DNA from: Longimicrobiales bacterium
GTDB lineage: Bacteria > Gemmatimonadota > Gemmatimonadetes > Longimicrobiales > RSA9
Length of the DNA stretch: 64,000 nt
Assembly (NCBI GenBank): GCA_050732695.1
Contig: JBOHRL010000053.1
Coordinates: 42,495-106,494, forward strand
Direction: 5' to 3'
Shown here: positions 46,883 through 54,695 of the stretch, one piece after another
Numbering within the stretch: the first letter of the stretch is position 1
Layout: every line of letters begins with the position of its first letter
The notes under the pieces: generated by a model
What the model was told of the DNA's origin: nothing
Seen by the model: only the letters and a program-made list of their open reading frames with translations
Database searches by the model: none
Program-made: the position numbers and the translations under genes

Positions 46883-48970
46883 ATGCAGTGTCGACGCTGC
46901 GTTTCCGTTGCAAAGACCGCGACGGCCGGTCTTCTCATTGTCTTCGCGTTCGGCGCCTGTCACGACGCGAGCACCCTCATGGCCCCTGACCACACGACCT
47001 TTCGTGCGAGCGTCGTGACGGCCAGTTCGATCAGCGGCAGTTTCGCACCACCGGAACTCGTAACGTCGGTTTCGACTCGACATGGCGCCTTCGTATGCTC
47101 GCCGCTGACCGCCGGTGTCGAGATCAACGGCACTGTACAGCTCACGCTCGAAGACAACGGCGCGGTGATGGTCGGGTTGCTTGACAAGACGTTTCTGGAC
47201 AGTGGCACGGACCCGCAATGGGGCAGTGGCGCGTACATCTACTTCGGGCGCCGCGGCACGAACATGGTAGCCGGCCCATCGGATGGTTTCCTTGGCGGCG
47301 AACTGGTGCAGAACTTTACCACCCTCCCGTACGTGGCCGGTGCCACTCACAACTTTACGTTGAAGATCCGGGCCGACGGCAAGATCGAGGTCCTCTTCAA
47401 CAGTGCCACGATCATCGACGATTACGGTCAGATCAAGGATGCGAATTCGTTCACCGCGTACGCACATGCCGAGTTCCAGAACGGCGCGTACATCGGTGCC
47501 GACCGTTTCCCCGATACGAATACGGCGAGTTATACATTGAACATCGTGTCGGGTTGCATCACCGCGGATGATGATGGTCCGCTCGCCGTCAATGTAGCGG
47601 CAACACCGAATCCAGCTGCCGCGACCACGGCGGTGACCGTAACGGCTGACATCGACGACACGACGACTGGCGAGGCCGTCATCGCCTCGGCCGAGTACAG
47701 TCTCGATGGGGGCGCCACGTGGAATGCGATGTCTGCGGCCGACGGCGTGTTCGACGAGGTCATCGAATCGGTCACAGCCGGAATCACGGCACCAGCCGAT
47801 GCCGGTCTCTACGCACTCTGCGTGCGCGGCACGGACGGCCATGGCAACACAGGTGACGCATCGTGTACCACGCTGGTCACATTCGATCCGTCGGGTGGCT
47901 TTGTGACGGGTGGCGGCTTCATCAACTCGCAAGCGGGTGCAATCCCGCCGGTGACAACGCTGGTCTGGGATCAGGGCTTCCAGACGGATGCGGCCGGCTG
48001 GTTCGGTGCAGGCGCGGGCGGCTGGGGCACAGTCAGTCACGTGGGCGACACGGGCCCGGATGGCTCCCCGGGGATCGCAAACATGACTGGCGACGCAGCT
48101 GCCGGCCCGTTCAGCCGGTTCGACGGCTATCGCAGCACGTGGACCGGGACGTGGACCGCCGAAATCGACGTGTTCCTCGACCCCGCCTGGTCGGCTGGCG
48201 AGGGCTTCGACTACTCCGTCGCCGCCAGCGGCTCCGACGGCCTGCATCAGCGTGACTACATCTTCCATGTCACCAAGGACGCGTCGAGCAACGCGCTCTT
48301 CGTCGCAGGCTCGAACAACACCAACTTCGCGCCGCGACAGGACCTCGAGACGATCCCTCATTACGAGGTGACGAGCGCGGGCTGGTACACGTTCCAGCAC
48401 GTCTTCCGCGATCAGGGCGGCTCGCTCGCCGTCGACCTGAACCTGCTCGATGCATCGGGTAACGTGCTGTTCACGGAAACCCGATTCACCGCAGCCGACA
48501 TCATCGCGACGGAGATCGGCGGCAACCGGTATTCCTGGTTCACGTTCATCTCGGTGGCCAGCGGAATCAGCGTCGACAACCATCAACTCTTCTTTCCCGT
48601 CGCTTCGACGGCCAGCGGCAAGGCCCAGTTCGGCTTTGTCGCGAAGTACAAGAAGGGTGCGTCCATGCCCGAGGGTAACACCCAGTTCACGTTCCAGGCG
48701 GGCGGCATCGACCTGCACAGCACCAGCTACGACTGGCTGGTCGTGAATCAGGGAGGGTCGAACGCGCATTTCAAGGGAGAAGCCACAGTCAACGGCGTTC
48801 CGGGCTACCGCTTCATGCTGTGGGCCGGTGATGGCAACGGCCCGAACGGGGAAGACACGTTCCGGATCAGGATCTGGCAGGACGCGGGTTCCGGCGAAGA
48901 CGTACAGTACGACAACGCCATGAACCAGCCGATCGCCGGCGGCAACATCATCGTTCACCCCGGCAAGTAG
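46883..48970 (+). CDS. Large lipoprotein with Ig-like domain and a C-terminal module shared with the 61750..63312 product
   Basis: The SD gaggaggga precedes the ATG. The lipobox is IVFAFGAC. The C-terminal GKAQFGFVAKYKKGASMPEGNTQFTFQAGGIDLHSTSYDWLVV...FRIRIWQ...GGNIIVHPGK is paralogous to the other lipoprotein. Confidence 0.75.
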   Translation: MQCRRCVSVAKTATAGLLIVFAFGACHDASTLMAPDHTTFRASVVTASSISGSFAPPELVTSVSTRHGAFVCSPLTAGVEINGTVQLTLEDNGAVMVGLLDKTFLDSGTDPQWGSGAYIYFGRRGTNMVAGPSDGFLGGELVQNFTTLPYVAGATHNFTLKIRADGKIEVLFNSATIIDDYGQIKDANSFTAYAHAEFQNGAYIGADRFPDTNTASYTLNIVSGCITADDDGPLAVNVAATPNPAAATTAVTVTADIDDTTTGEAVIASAEYSLDGGATWNAMSAADGVFDEVIESVTAGITAPADAGLYALCVRGTDGHGNTGDASCTTLVTFDPSGGFVTGGGFINSQAGAIPPVTTLVWDQGFQTDAAGWFGAGAGGWGTVSHVGDTGPDGSPGIANMTGDAAAGPFSRFDGYRSTWTGTWTAEIDVFLDPAWSAGEGFDYSVAASGSDGLHQRDYIFHVTKDASSNALFVAGSNNTNFAPRQDLETIPHYEVTSAGWYTFQHVFRDQGGSLAVDLNLLDASGNVLFTETRFTAADIIATEIGGNRYSWFTFISVASGISVDNHQLFFPVASTASGKAQFGFVAKYKKGASMPEGNTQFTFQAGGIDLHSTSYDWLVVNQGGSNAHFKGEATVNGVPGYRFMLWAGDGNGPNGEDTFRIRIWQDAGSGEDVQYDNAMNQPIAGGNIIVHPGK

Positions 48971-48992
48971 AACGCGGGAATCCTTGTCGGGC

Positions 48993-49036
48993 GAGGGCAC
49001 GGAAGGCGGTTCCACGCGACTGCGATCCGTGCCCTC
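48993..49036 (+). terminator. 11-bp stem hairpin downstream of the lipoprotein gene
   Basis: gagggcacgga (48993-49003) pairs with tccgtgccctc (49026-49036) across a 22-nt loop. It lies 23 nt after the TAG stop. No U-tract follows. Confidence 0.3.
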
Positions 49037-49282
49037 AGCCGACGGTCTCACGGCCCCCACGGGGCGCCGAACCAACAGGAGCCCCACCCGTGCACCAGGG
49101 AAACCCGCCACGCACGATTCAGCGGGCCAGGAAGGGCGCCGCATTCCGACGCCGGACAGTAGCCTGCCTGTTGACATCTCGGCCCGGATAGCGAACCCTT
49201 CTGTATGGTGGATCGTTGCGAGCGGCCGGGCAGGTACCCGAGCCGCGCTCGGAGCGGCGGTCCGGTTCTCGAACGGGAGGCA

Positions 49283-50467
49283 ATGATGCAGGTGAGGCTG
49301 GCGGTTTCGCGACGCGGATTCGTGGGCGGCCTGGCAACCGCCGTTGGCTACCTCGGGCTTGAACCGGCCTCGAATGCCTGGGCGCTCGACCGGCCTGCCG
49401 CGCGACCATCGCGACAACAAACCAACGAGTACGACGGTCTCGCCAAGCTCGGGAACAACGAGAATCCGTACGGCCCTTCGGAAGCCATGCTCGAGGCGAT
49501 GAACCGGGTGTGGAAGTACTCCAACCGCTACGGGTATCCGGACGGCGACATCACCGAGAAGATCGCCGAACACCACGGTGTTGATCCGGACCACGTGTTG
49601 CTGGGCGCCGGTTCCGGCGAAATCCTGGAAGTCGTCGGCCTCACGTTCCTCAAGGGAGGAAAGGCCGTCGTCGGCGTCGAACCGACGTACTCGACCGTGT
49701 ACCGCACTGCATCGGGCATCGACGGTGAAGCGATTACCTTGCCGTTGCTCGACAATTATCGGCAGGACATCCCGGCGATGATCGAAACGACGAACCGCAA
49801 CTATCGCAACGTCGGTTTCGTCTACCTTTGCAACCCGAACAACCCGACCGGTGTCATCGTTACGGCGCAGGAAGTTCGGCAGTTGCTCGATGCGATTCCC
49901 GAAGACATGCCGGTGCTCGTCGATGAAGCGTACCATCACTACGTGCAGGACCCCGCGTATGCCACTTCCCTGCCCTACGTGCTGGAAGGCAGGAACGTCA
50001 TCATCGCACGCACGTTCTCGAAGATCTATGGCATGGCCGGCATGCGCCTCGGCTACGCCATCGCGCCACCGCGGCTGATCCAGCAGATGGAAGCGTACAG
50101 CACGGGAACCATCAACGCGCTGGTGAAGTGGGGCGGCGTTGCGGCGCTCGCCGACAAAGCATCGGAGGTCAAGGTTCGCGACACCGCAATCGAACTTCGC
50201 ACAAAGACGACGAAGCAGCTCGAAACAATGGGTTACGAAGTGATCCCGTCGGAAACCAACTTCTTCATGGTCGGCATCCGCACGCCGGTGCAGCCGGTCA
50301 TCACGGAGTTCCGCAAGAAGGGCGTGATCGTCGGCCGGCCCTTCCCGCCCATGGTCGACCATCTGCGCGTCTCCGTCGGCACGGCAGACGAGATGGATCG
50401 CTTCATGACGGCCTTTACCGAACTGTTGCCGGTAACCAGTGCATCGAATGGAGGCAGGAACGGCTGA
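49283..50467 (+). CDS. Class-II (HisC-like) PLP aminotransferase with twin-arginine signal
   Basis: ORF 49205..50467 trimmed to ATG 49283 (SD gggagg at 49275-49280). MMQVRLAVSRRGFVGGLATAVGYLGLEPASNAWA is a TAT leader. LGNNENPYGPS, YLCNPNNPTG and the PLP-lysine block FSKIYGMAGMRLGY are present. Confidence 0.88.
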   Translation: MMQVRLAVSRRGFVGGLATAVGYLGLEPASNAWALDRPAARPSRQQTNEYDGLAKLGNNENPYGPSEAMLEAMNRVWKYSNRYGYPDGDITEKIAEHHGVDPDHVLLGAGSGEILEVVGLTFLKGGKAVVGVEPTYSTVYRTASGIDGEAITLPLLDNYRQDIPAMIETTNRNYRNVGFVYLCNPNNPTGVIVTAQEVRQLLDAIPEDMPVLVDEAYHHYVQDPAYATSLPYVLEGRNVIIARTFSKIYGMAGMRLGYAIAPPRLIQQMEAYSTGTINALVKWGGVAALADKASEVKVRDTAIELRTKTTKQLETMGYEVIPSETNFFMVGIRTPVQPVITEFRKKGVIVGRPFPPMVDHLRVSVGTADEMDRFMTAFTELLPVTSASNGGRNG

Positions 50468-50469
50468 CC

Positions 50470-50787
50470 GGACGGCCAAGGGCCGAGCAGAGAGTAAAGC
50501 AACTTCGCCTGCGTCGAGACTGCAGCATAGCGCGCACGCCGTCCAGGCTGCCCGGCCACGGCCGATTGGCCGGCACGATCGAGAACAACCAGGACGGGCG
50601 GGCGCGCTCGAGTGCACCAGCGCCCCGCCCGTGACGCTATAAGTCCCACTCACTGCTACGCCGTCGATGTACAGCGTCATGTCGCTGGGCCGCGCACGGT
50701 CGCGACGACGTGAACCACCTGTCCGCTGGTAATGGCCTCGATCAGGGTGGTCAGTTGCGCGCTGGCGTCCGAATGGGATGGATCGGG
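50470..50787 (-). pseudogene. Decayed LamG/concanavalin-like domain remnant (C-terminal fragment, several frameshifts)
   Basis: Three minus-strand frames each give a piece of the LamG_3 pattern (WhHvAvtyDG..lrLYvDG...fxGxlDevriy..aLsaaEi). The pieces are ..SGQVVHVVATVRGP (then a stop), SDMTLYIDGVAVSGTYSVTG, NRPWPGSLDGVRA and LDAGEVALLSA. There is no start codon. The upstream continuation would run into cls. Confidence 0.3.
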
Positions 50788-50931
50788 TCACGCCCCGACC
50801 AGAGTCCGGGCCGGCGTTGCGGCGCGCGACATTTCTTCCTCGTTCCGCCAGTTCCCTCTCCAACGGGTACGCCCGGCGATCCGATGGCTGGCGCGACCCC
50901 CGCCTGTAACCGAACCGGTGACCGGTCCTGA

Positions 50932-52404
50932 ATGGACGCCTTCACCGGCACCGTACGTGACTTCCTCCGCGATTTCTGGCCTCACTTCACAGCGGTGGCC
51001 GTCATGGTCGTTTCGTTGGTCGCTGCCGTGCACGTTGTGCTTCACAAACGCGATTCACGCTCGGCCCTTGGCTGGGTCGGCGTGATCTGGCTCACACCGT
51101 TGATCGGGTCTGCGCTGTACTATCTGTTTGGCATCAATCGCATCCACAGGCGGGCTCGCTCACTTCGGGGCGACCAGGAATTCCACGTATCGCCGCCATC
51201 GCCCTTCACAGTGACCGAGGCAATGTTCGAGGCGAAGCTTTGCGATGACACAGACCGCTTCCTGCCATTTGTCAGGCTGGTCGGCGAACTGGCGGAACGA
51301 CCGCTGGTCCACGGCAATCGCGTGGAGCCGCTCATCGGCGGCGACGTCGCGTTCCCGCAGATGCTCGCCGCCATTGACGGCGCCCGGCATTCGGTCTCCG
51401 TGTGCAGCTACATCTTCGACAATGATCGCGTCGGACGCATGTTCGCCGACGCACTCGGCAAGGCGGTTCGTCGCGGTGTGGCTGTGCGCGTCCTCATTGA
51501 CAGCGTCGGCTCACGCTATACGTTCCCGTCGATCGTCAGACGGCTTCAGCGCCTCGCCGTCCCGACTGCGCTATTCATGCGCACCTGGCTCCCGACCAGC
51601 CTCACGTATGCGAATCTGCGCAGTCACCGCAAGATTCTGGTTGTCGACGGCCGAACCGGCTTTACCGGAGGCTTGAACATCCGTGAAGGTGCGATGCTCT
51701 CGCTCGCGCCGCGCGCGCCTCTGCACGACACACATTTCCGCTTTGCCGGTCCCGTCGTTGCACATCTACAGGATGTGTTCGTCGAAGACTGGACATTCAC
51801 GACGCGTGAGGTGCTCGCCGGCGAGTTGTGGTTTCCGCAGCTCGATGAGGCAGGCACTGTTTTCGCTCGCGGCATCCCCAACGGTCCCGATGAGGACCTT
51901 GGTGAGATGCGAACCACGCTCATCGGGGCCATCACCTGCGCGCGAGCGCGCGTCGTCATCATGACGCCGTACTTCCTGCCGGATGATGCCCTGGCTGAAG
52001 CCCTGAACGTGGCCGCGCTGCGCGGCGTCGACGTCGACATCATCCTCCCCCAGGCCAACAACCTCGCCCTCGTCAAGTGGGCCTCGACCGCAATGCTCTT
52101 TCAGGTCCTCCAGCGCGGCTGCCGTGTCTGGCTCTCACCACCGCCGTTCGATCACACGAAGCTGATGCTCGTCGACGATGTCTGGACCCTGCTCGGCTCC
52201 GCCAACTGGGACCCGCGCAGCCTCCGCCTCAACTTCGAGTTCAACGTCGAATGCTACGATCGAGTCCTGGCTGCGGCGCTCAACCACGTCGTCGCGCAGC
52301 GGCTGAAGGGCGCCAAACAGGTCACGCTCGCCGACGTCGATGGACGATCCATCCCTGTGCGCATCCGCGATGGCGTCGCACGTCTCTTCTGGCCCTACCT
52401 GTGA
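50932..52404 (+). CDS. cls: Cardiolipin synthase (PLD superfamily, two HKD motifs)
   Basis: Two N-terminal TM helices are followed by HRKILVVDGRTGFTGGLN and DHTKLMLVDDVWTLLGSANWD. Confidence 0.92.
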   Translation: MDAFTGTVRDFLRDFWPHFTAVAVMVVSLVAAVHVVLHKRDSRSALGWVGVIWLTPLIGSALYYLFGINRIHRRARSLRGDQEFHVSPPSPFTVTEAMFEAKLCDDTDRFLPFVRLVGELAERPLVHGNRVEPLIGGDVAFPQMLAAIDGARHSVSVCSYIFDNDRVGRMFADALGKAVRRGVAVRVLIDSVGSRYTFPSIVRRLQRLAVPTALFMRTWLPTSLTYANLRSHRKILVVDGRTGFTGGLNIREGAMLSLAPRAPLHDTHFRFAGPVVAHLQDVFVEDWTFTTREVLAGELWFPQLDEAGTVFARGIPNGPDEDLGEMRTTLIGAITCARARVVIMTPYFLPDDALAEALNVAALRGVDVDIILPQANNLALVKWASTAMLFQVLQRGCRVWLSPPPFDHTKLMLVDDVWTLLGSANWDPRSLRLNFEFNVECYDRVLAAALNHVVAQRLKGAKQVTLADVDGRSIPVRIRDGVARLFWPYL

Positions 52405-52490
52405 GTGGCCACGCATCTCCGGTCCCGGCTCCGCTGCCCGTGACGCCGCGTGATGGAGGAAGCGAACCTGCCGGAGCGGCGACAAACCGC

Positions 52491-52913
52491 TCATAACTCC
52501 ACGAACGTCAGGCCCTTGTTCAGAAAGTCCGTCTTCAGAGTCGAGCGAAGGCCCGGGTGTCTCGTAAGAAGTTCCTGGCTCGATACGCTGAATTCATCCA
52601 GGTCTTCTCCGCAATGAAAGGCCCGGATCGAACCGTCAGCCAGCATCTGCTCGAGGCGAGCGCGCGAACGCATGCGAATCTGACCACCCGTTCCTGAAGA
52701 GCCGTACCCGTGGATCAGCCGCACCAGCCGAGCCCCTCGCCGGCGTGCTGCCCGCAGCTCGCTCTCCATATGCGCAATGGCCTCTCGAACGGTCGGCCTG
52801 TCCCCTTTCAGATTCGCCGTCACAATACTCAGGCCCGGTCCCTTCTTCTTCACTCTCGCCTCCAGTCCATCGCTGTGTCCCACGTGTGCAACGTAAGCGT
52901 GGAGAGTGACCAT
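52491..52913 (-). CDS. Smr (MutS2 C-terminal-like) domain protein
   Basis: ORF 52491..52994 trimmed to MVTLHAY (ATG 52913-52911). ANLKGDRPTVREAIAHMESELRAARRRGARLVRLIHGYGSSGTGGQIR...NKGLTFVEL follows the Smr pattern LDLHG..xEA....vxIIHGkG...G.l....N.G.T.V.L. Confidence 0.65.
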   Translation of the reverse strand: MVTLHAYVAHVGHSDGLEARVKKKGPGLSIVTANLKGDRPTVREAIAHMESELRAARRRGARLVRLIHGYGSSGTGGQIRMRSRARLEQMLADGSIRAFHCGEDLDEFSVSSQELLTRHPGLRSTLKTDFLNKGLTFVEL

Positions 52914-53014
52914 CGCAGTCGGCCGCCGTCTCCTCGTGGTTGTGGACGGAGACCCGCCCGTCCACCTCGGCGTCCGCCACCGCCCCCACTGCAAAGTATG
53001 TCATTACATGTGTA

Positions 53015-53043
53015 TTGACACTTCTTGATGGTTTGGCTACCGT
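53015..53043 (+). promoter_or_regulatory. Candidate promoter in an AT-rich patch, positioned for a leaderless transcript of the RHH gene
   Basis: TTGACA (53015-53020), a 17-nt spacer, then TACCGT (53038-53043). The ATG at 53051 lies 7 nt after the -10 hexamer, and no SD is present. The -10 is weak (3 of 6 matches). Confidence 0.25.
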
Positions 53044-53050
53044 TGCAGAC

Positions 53051-53542
53051 ATGACGATCAGGTCCACGCAGTTGCAGATCCGGGTGACACCGAGAGAGAA
53101 GGCGGTATTGAAACGACTCGCCGCGGCGGCGGGCAAGGACGTCTCGAAGTATGTTCTGGCAAAGGCGCTGCCGGGCAATCAAGTCGAATTCGGCTCGATT
53201 CTCCGATCACTGGAGAACGAAGGGAGCCGCCGGTTCGCATTGGCAGAGTTGAACGATTTTCTGACGGGACTGAGCGCGAGCGAGTTGATCGAAGCGGTAG
53301 CGAGCGCCGGTGTCGGTCGGCTTGCGCCGTTTGTGCAGAACTACGTTGCCGCGATGGTCGAGCAAGCGGCGTACGAAAGGGACGTAGACCCGCCCGGCTG
53401 GGTGGCGGATATAGAGCCGCTCGCGACACCGTGGTTCGCAGCACCGCTGATTGGACTTCGACCGCATCTGTTACGGGCATCGCCTGTGCCGTTCAAGCGT
53501 CGCAACCTCTTCGTGGACAGCGCGCTGGGCGCGCGGGTCTGA
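53051..53542 (+). CDS. Ribbon-helix-helix (DUF1778/CopG-like) antitoxin-like protein with extra C-terminal domain
   Basis: ORF 52940..53542 trimmed to MTIRSTQLQIRVTPREKAVLKRLAAAAGKDVSKYVLAKAL, which shows the RHH beta-strand plus two helices. An unassigned C-terminal domain of about 110 aa ends PVPFKRRNLFVDSALGARV. Confidence 0.65.
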   Translation: MTIRSTQLQIRVTPREKAVLKRLAAAAGKDVSKYVLAKALPGNQVEFGSILRSLENEGSRRFALAELNDFLTGLSASELIEAVASAGVGRLAPFVQNYVAAMVEQAAYERDVDPPGWVADIEPLATPWFAAPLIGLRPHLLRASPVPFKRRNLFVDSALGARV

Positions 53543-53553
53543 GCGCCTGGCTG

Positions 53554-54084
53554 GTGAGCGCGCCGAGGTATCTCACGCGGAACGATATCGAGCGTCTGTT
53601 CAAGCTTCTGGAAGCCGAACTCGAAAGCGTGGGTGTCGAGGGGGAGATCTATCTGGTTGGGGGCGCGGTGATGTGTCTGGCGTTCGACGCGCGGCCAGCG
53701 ACGCGCGACGTGGACGCCCTTTTCAAGCCTGCGAAGGCGATCCGGGAAGCGGCGGCGCGAGTCGCGGCGCGTGCCGGTGTCCCGGCAACGTGGTTGAACG
53801 ATGCCGTCAAGGGATACCTTGGTTCGCGACGCGAGTTCGATCCGTATCTGGAACTCGCACATCTGCGTGTATTCGTCGCCCGGCCCGAGTACTTGCTGGC
53901 AATGAAATGCGTCTCGATGCGGCTCGGCGAAGAGTTTCACGATCTGGACGATGTCCGTTTCCTGCTGCGGTATCTGAACATTACGAACGTAACCGAAGCC
54001 CTCGGCATCGTCACTCGGTACTACGACGAGTCACAGATCGTGCCCAAGACGCGGCTTGCACTCGAAGAGCTTTTACCGGCGTGA
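53554..54084 (+). CDS. Minimal nucleotidyltransferase (DUF6036-like)
   Basis: GTG 53554 lies 12 nt after the upstream stop; ORF 53431..54084 would overlap the upstream gene. IYLVGGAVMCLAFDARPATRDVDALF matches the G[GS]-x(n)-DxD signature of the pol-beta NTase fold. Confidence 0.65.
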   Translation: MSAPRYLTRNDIERLFKLLEAELESVGVEGEIYLVGGAVMCLAFDARPATRDVDALFKPAKAIREAAARVAARAGVPATWLNDAVKGYLGSRREFDPYLELAHLRVFVARPEYLLAMKCVSMRLGEEFHDLDDVRFLLRYLNITNVTEALGIVTRYYDESQIVPKTRLALEELLPA

Positions 54085-54106
54085 AAGCGGAACCCGGACA
54101 GCCGAA

Positions 54107-54559
54107 CTACCGTCTCACTGCAATGGCCTGGACCTCGAACCGCGCTCCGTACAGCAGCGTGCCGGACCCGAGGAACGCCCGCGCAGGGAACTCTCTGGTG
54201 AAGTACGTTCTGTAAACGGCGTTGAAGGCGTCGTAATGCGCGACGTCGGAGCAGAAAACCTGGACCGACACCAGATCGTCCATCGTCATGCCGGCTGCTT
54301 CCAGCGTGCCTTTCACGTTGTCGAGGACCAGTCGTGCTTCCGCATCCGCGGTGGCGGGGACGCGACCACCGCTCTCCAGACCGATCGTACCGGACAGATA
54401 GAGCGTGTTGCCGATGAGGACACCACCGCTGAACGGCCGCCCGGCCGAGTCCGTCGCAAGGCTCGCATTGATGTAGCGCCGTTCCTGACCGTTGAGGTCG
54501 CTTGCGAGTCCGATCATGAGTGAGAAACAGGCGAGGATTCCGAGTGTCCGCGAAGTCAT
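54107..54559 (-). CDS. RidA/YjgF/TdcF-family protein with signal peptide
   Basis: ORF 54107..54760 trimmed to MTSRTLGILACFSLMIGLASDLNG (ATG 54559-54557). GNTLYLSGTIG, LDNVKGTLEAAGMTMDDLVSVQVF, PARAFLGSG and FEVQAIAV are present. Confidence 0.85.
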   Translation of the reverse strand: MTSRTLGILACFSLMIGLASDLNGQERRYINASLATDSAGRPFSGGVLIGNTLYLSGTIGLESGGRVPATADAEARLVLDNVKGTLEAAGMTMDDLVSVQVFCSDVAHYDAFNAVYRTYFTREFPARAFLGSGTLLYGARFEVQAIAVRR

Positions 54560-54695
54560 GGTGCCTCTCCTGAAGGGGTTGTCGCATCGTTCGAAGCAGT
54601 GCAAGATGGCGGCTTGAACATGGAAATGGACAGAGTTTCGCGGGCTCGATCGCCGCGGTGCCGGTGCAAGTACCGCCCGGCAGCGGATCCCAGGC

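Noticed and set aside
46568-50863. A 1431-aa minus-strand ORF, the longest in the track.
   Set aside because: It runs antisense to two well-supported plus-strand genes, a lipoprotein with SD and lipobox and a HisC-like aminotransferase with clear motifs. Its product is Arg/Ala/Gly-rich junk, typical of stop-poor antisense frames in GC-rich DNA. Only its first 130 codons or so overlap a real, decayed LamG-like remnant.
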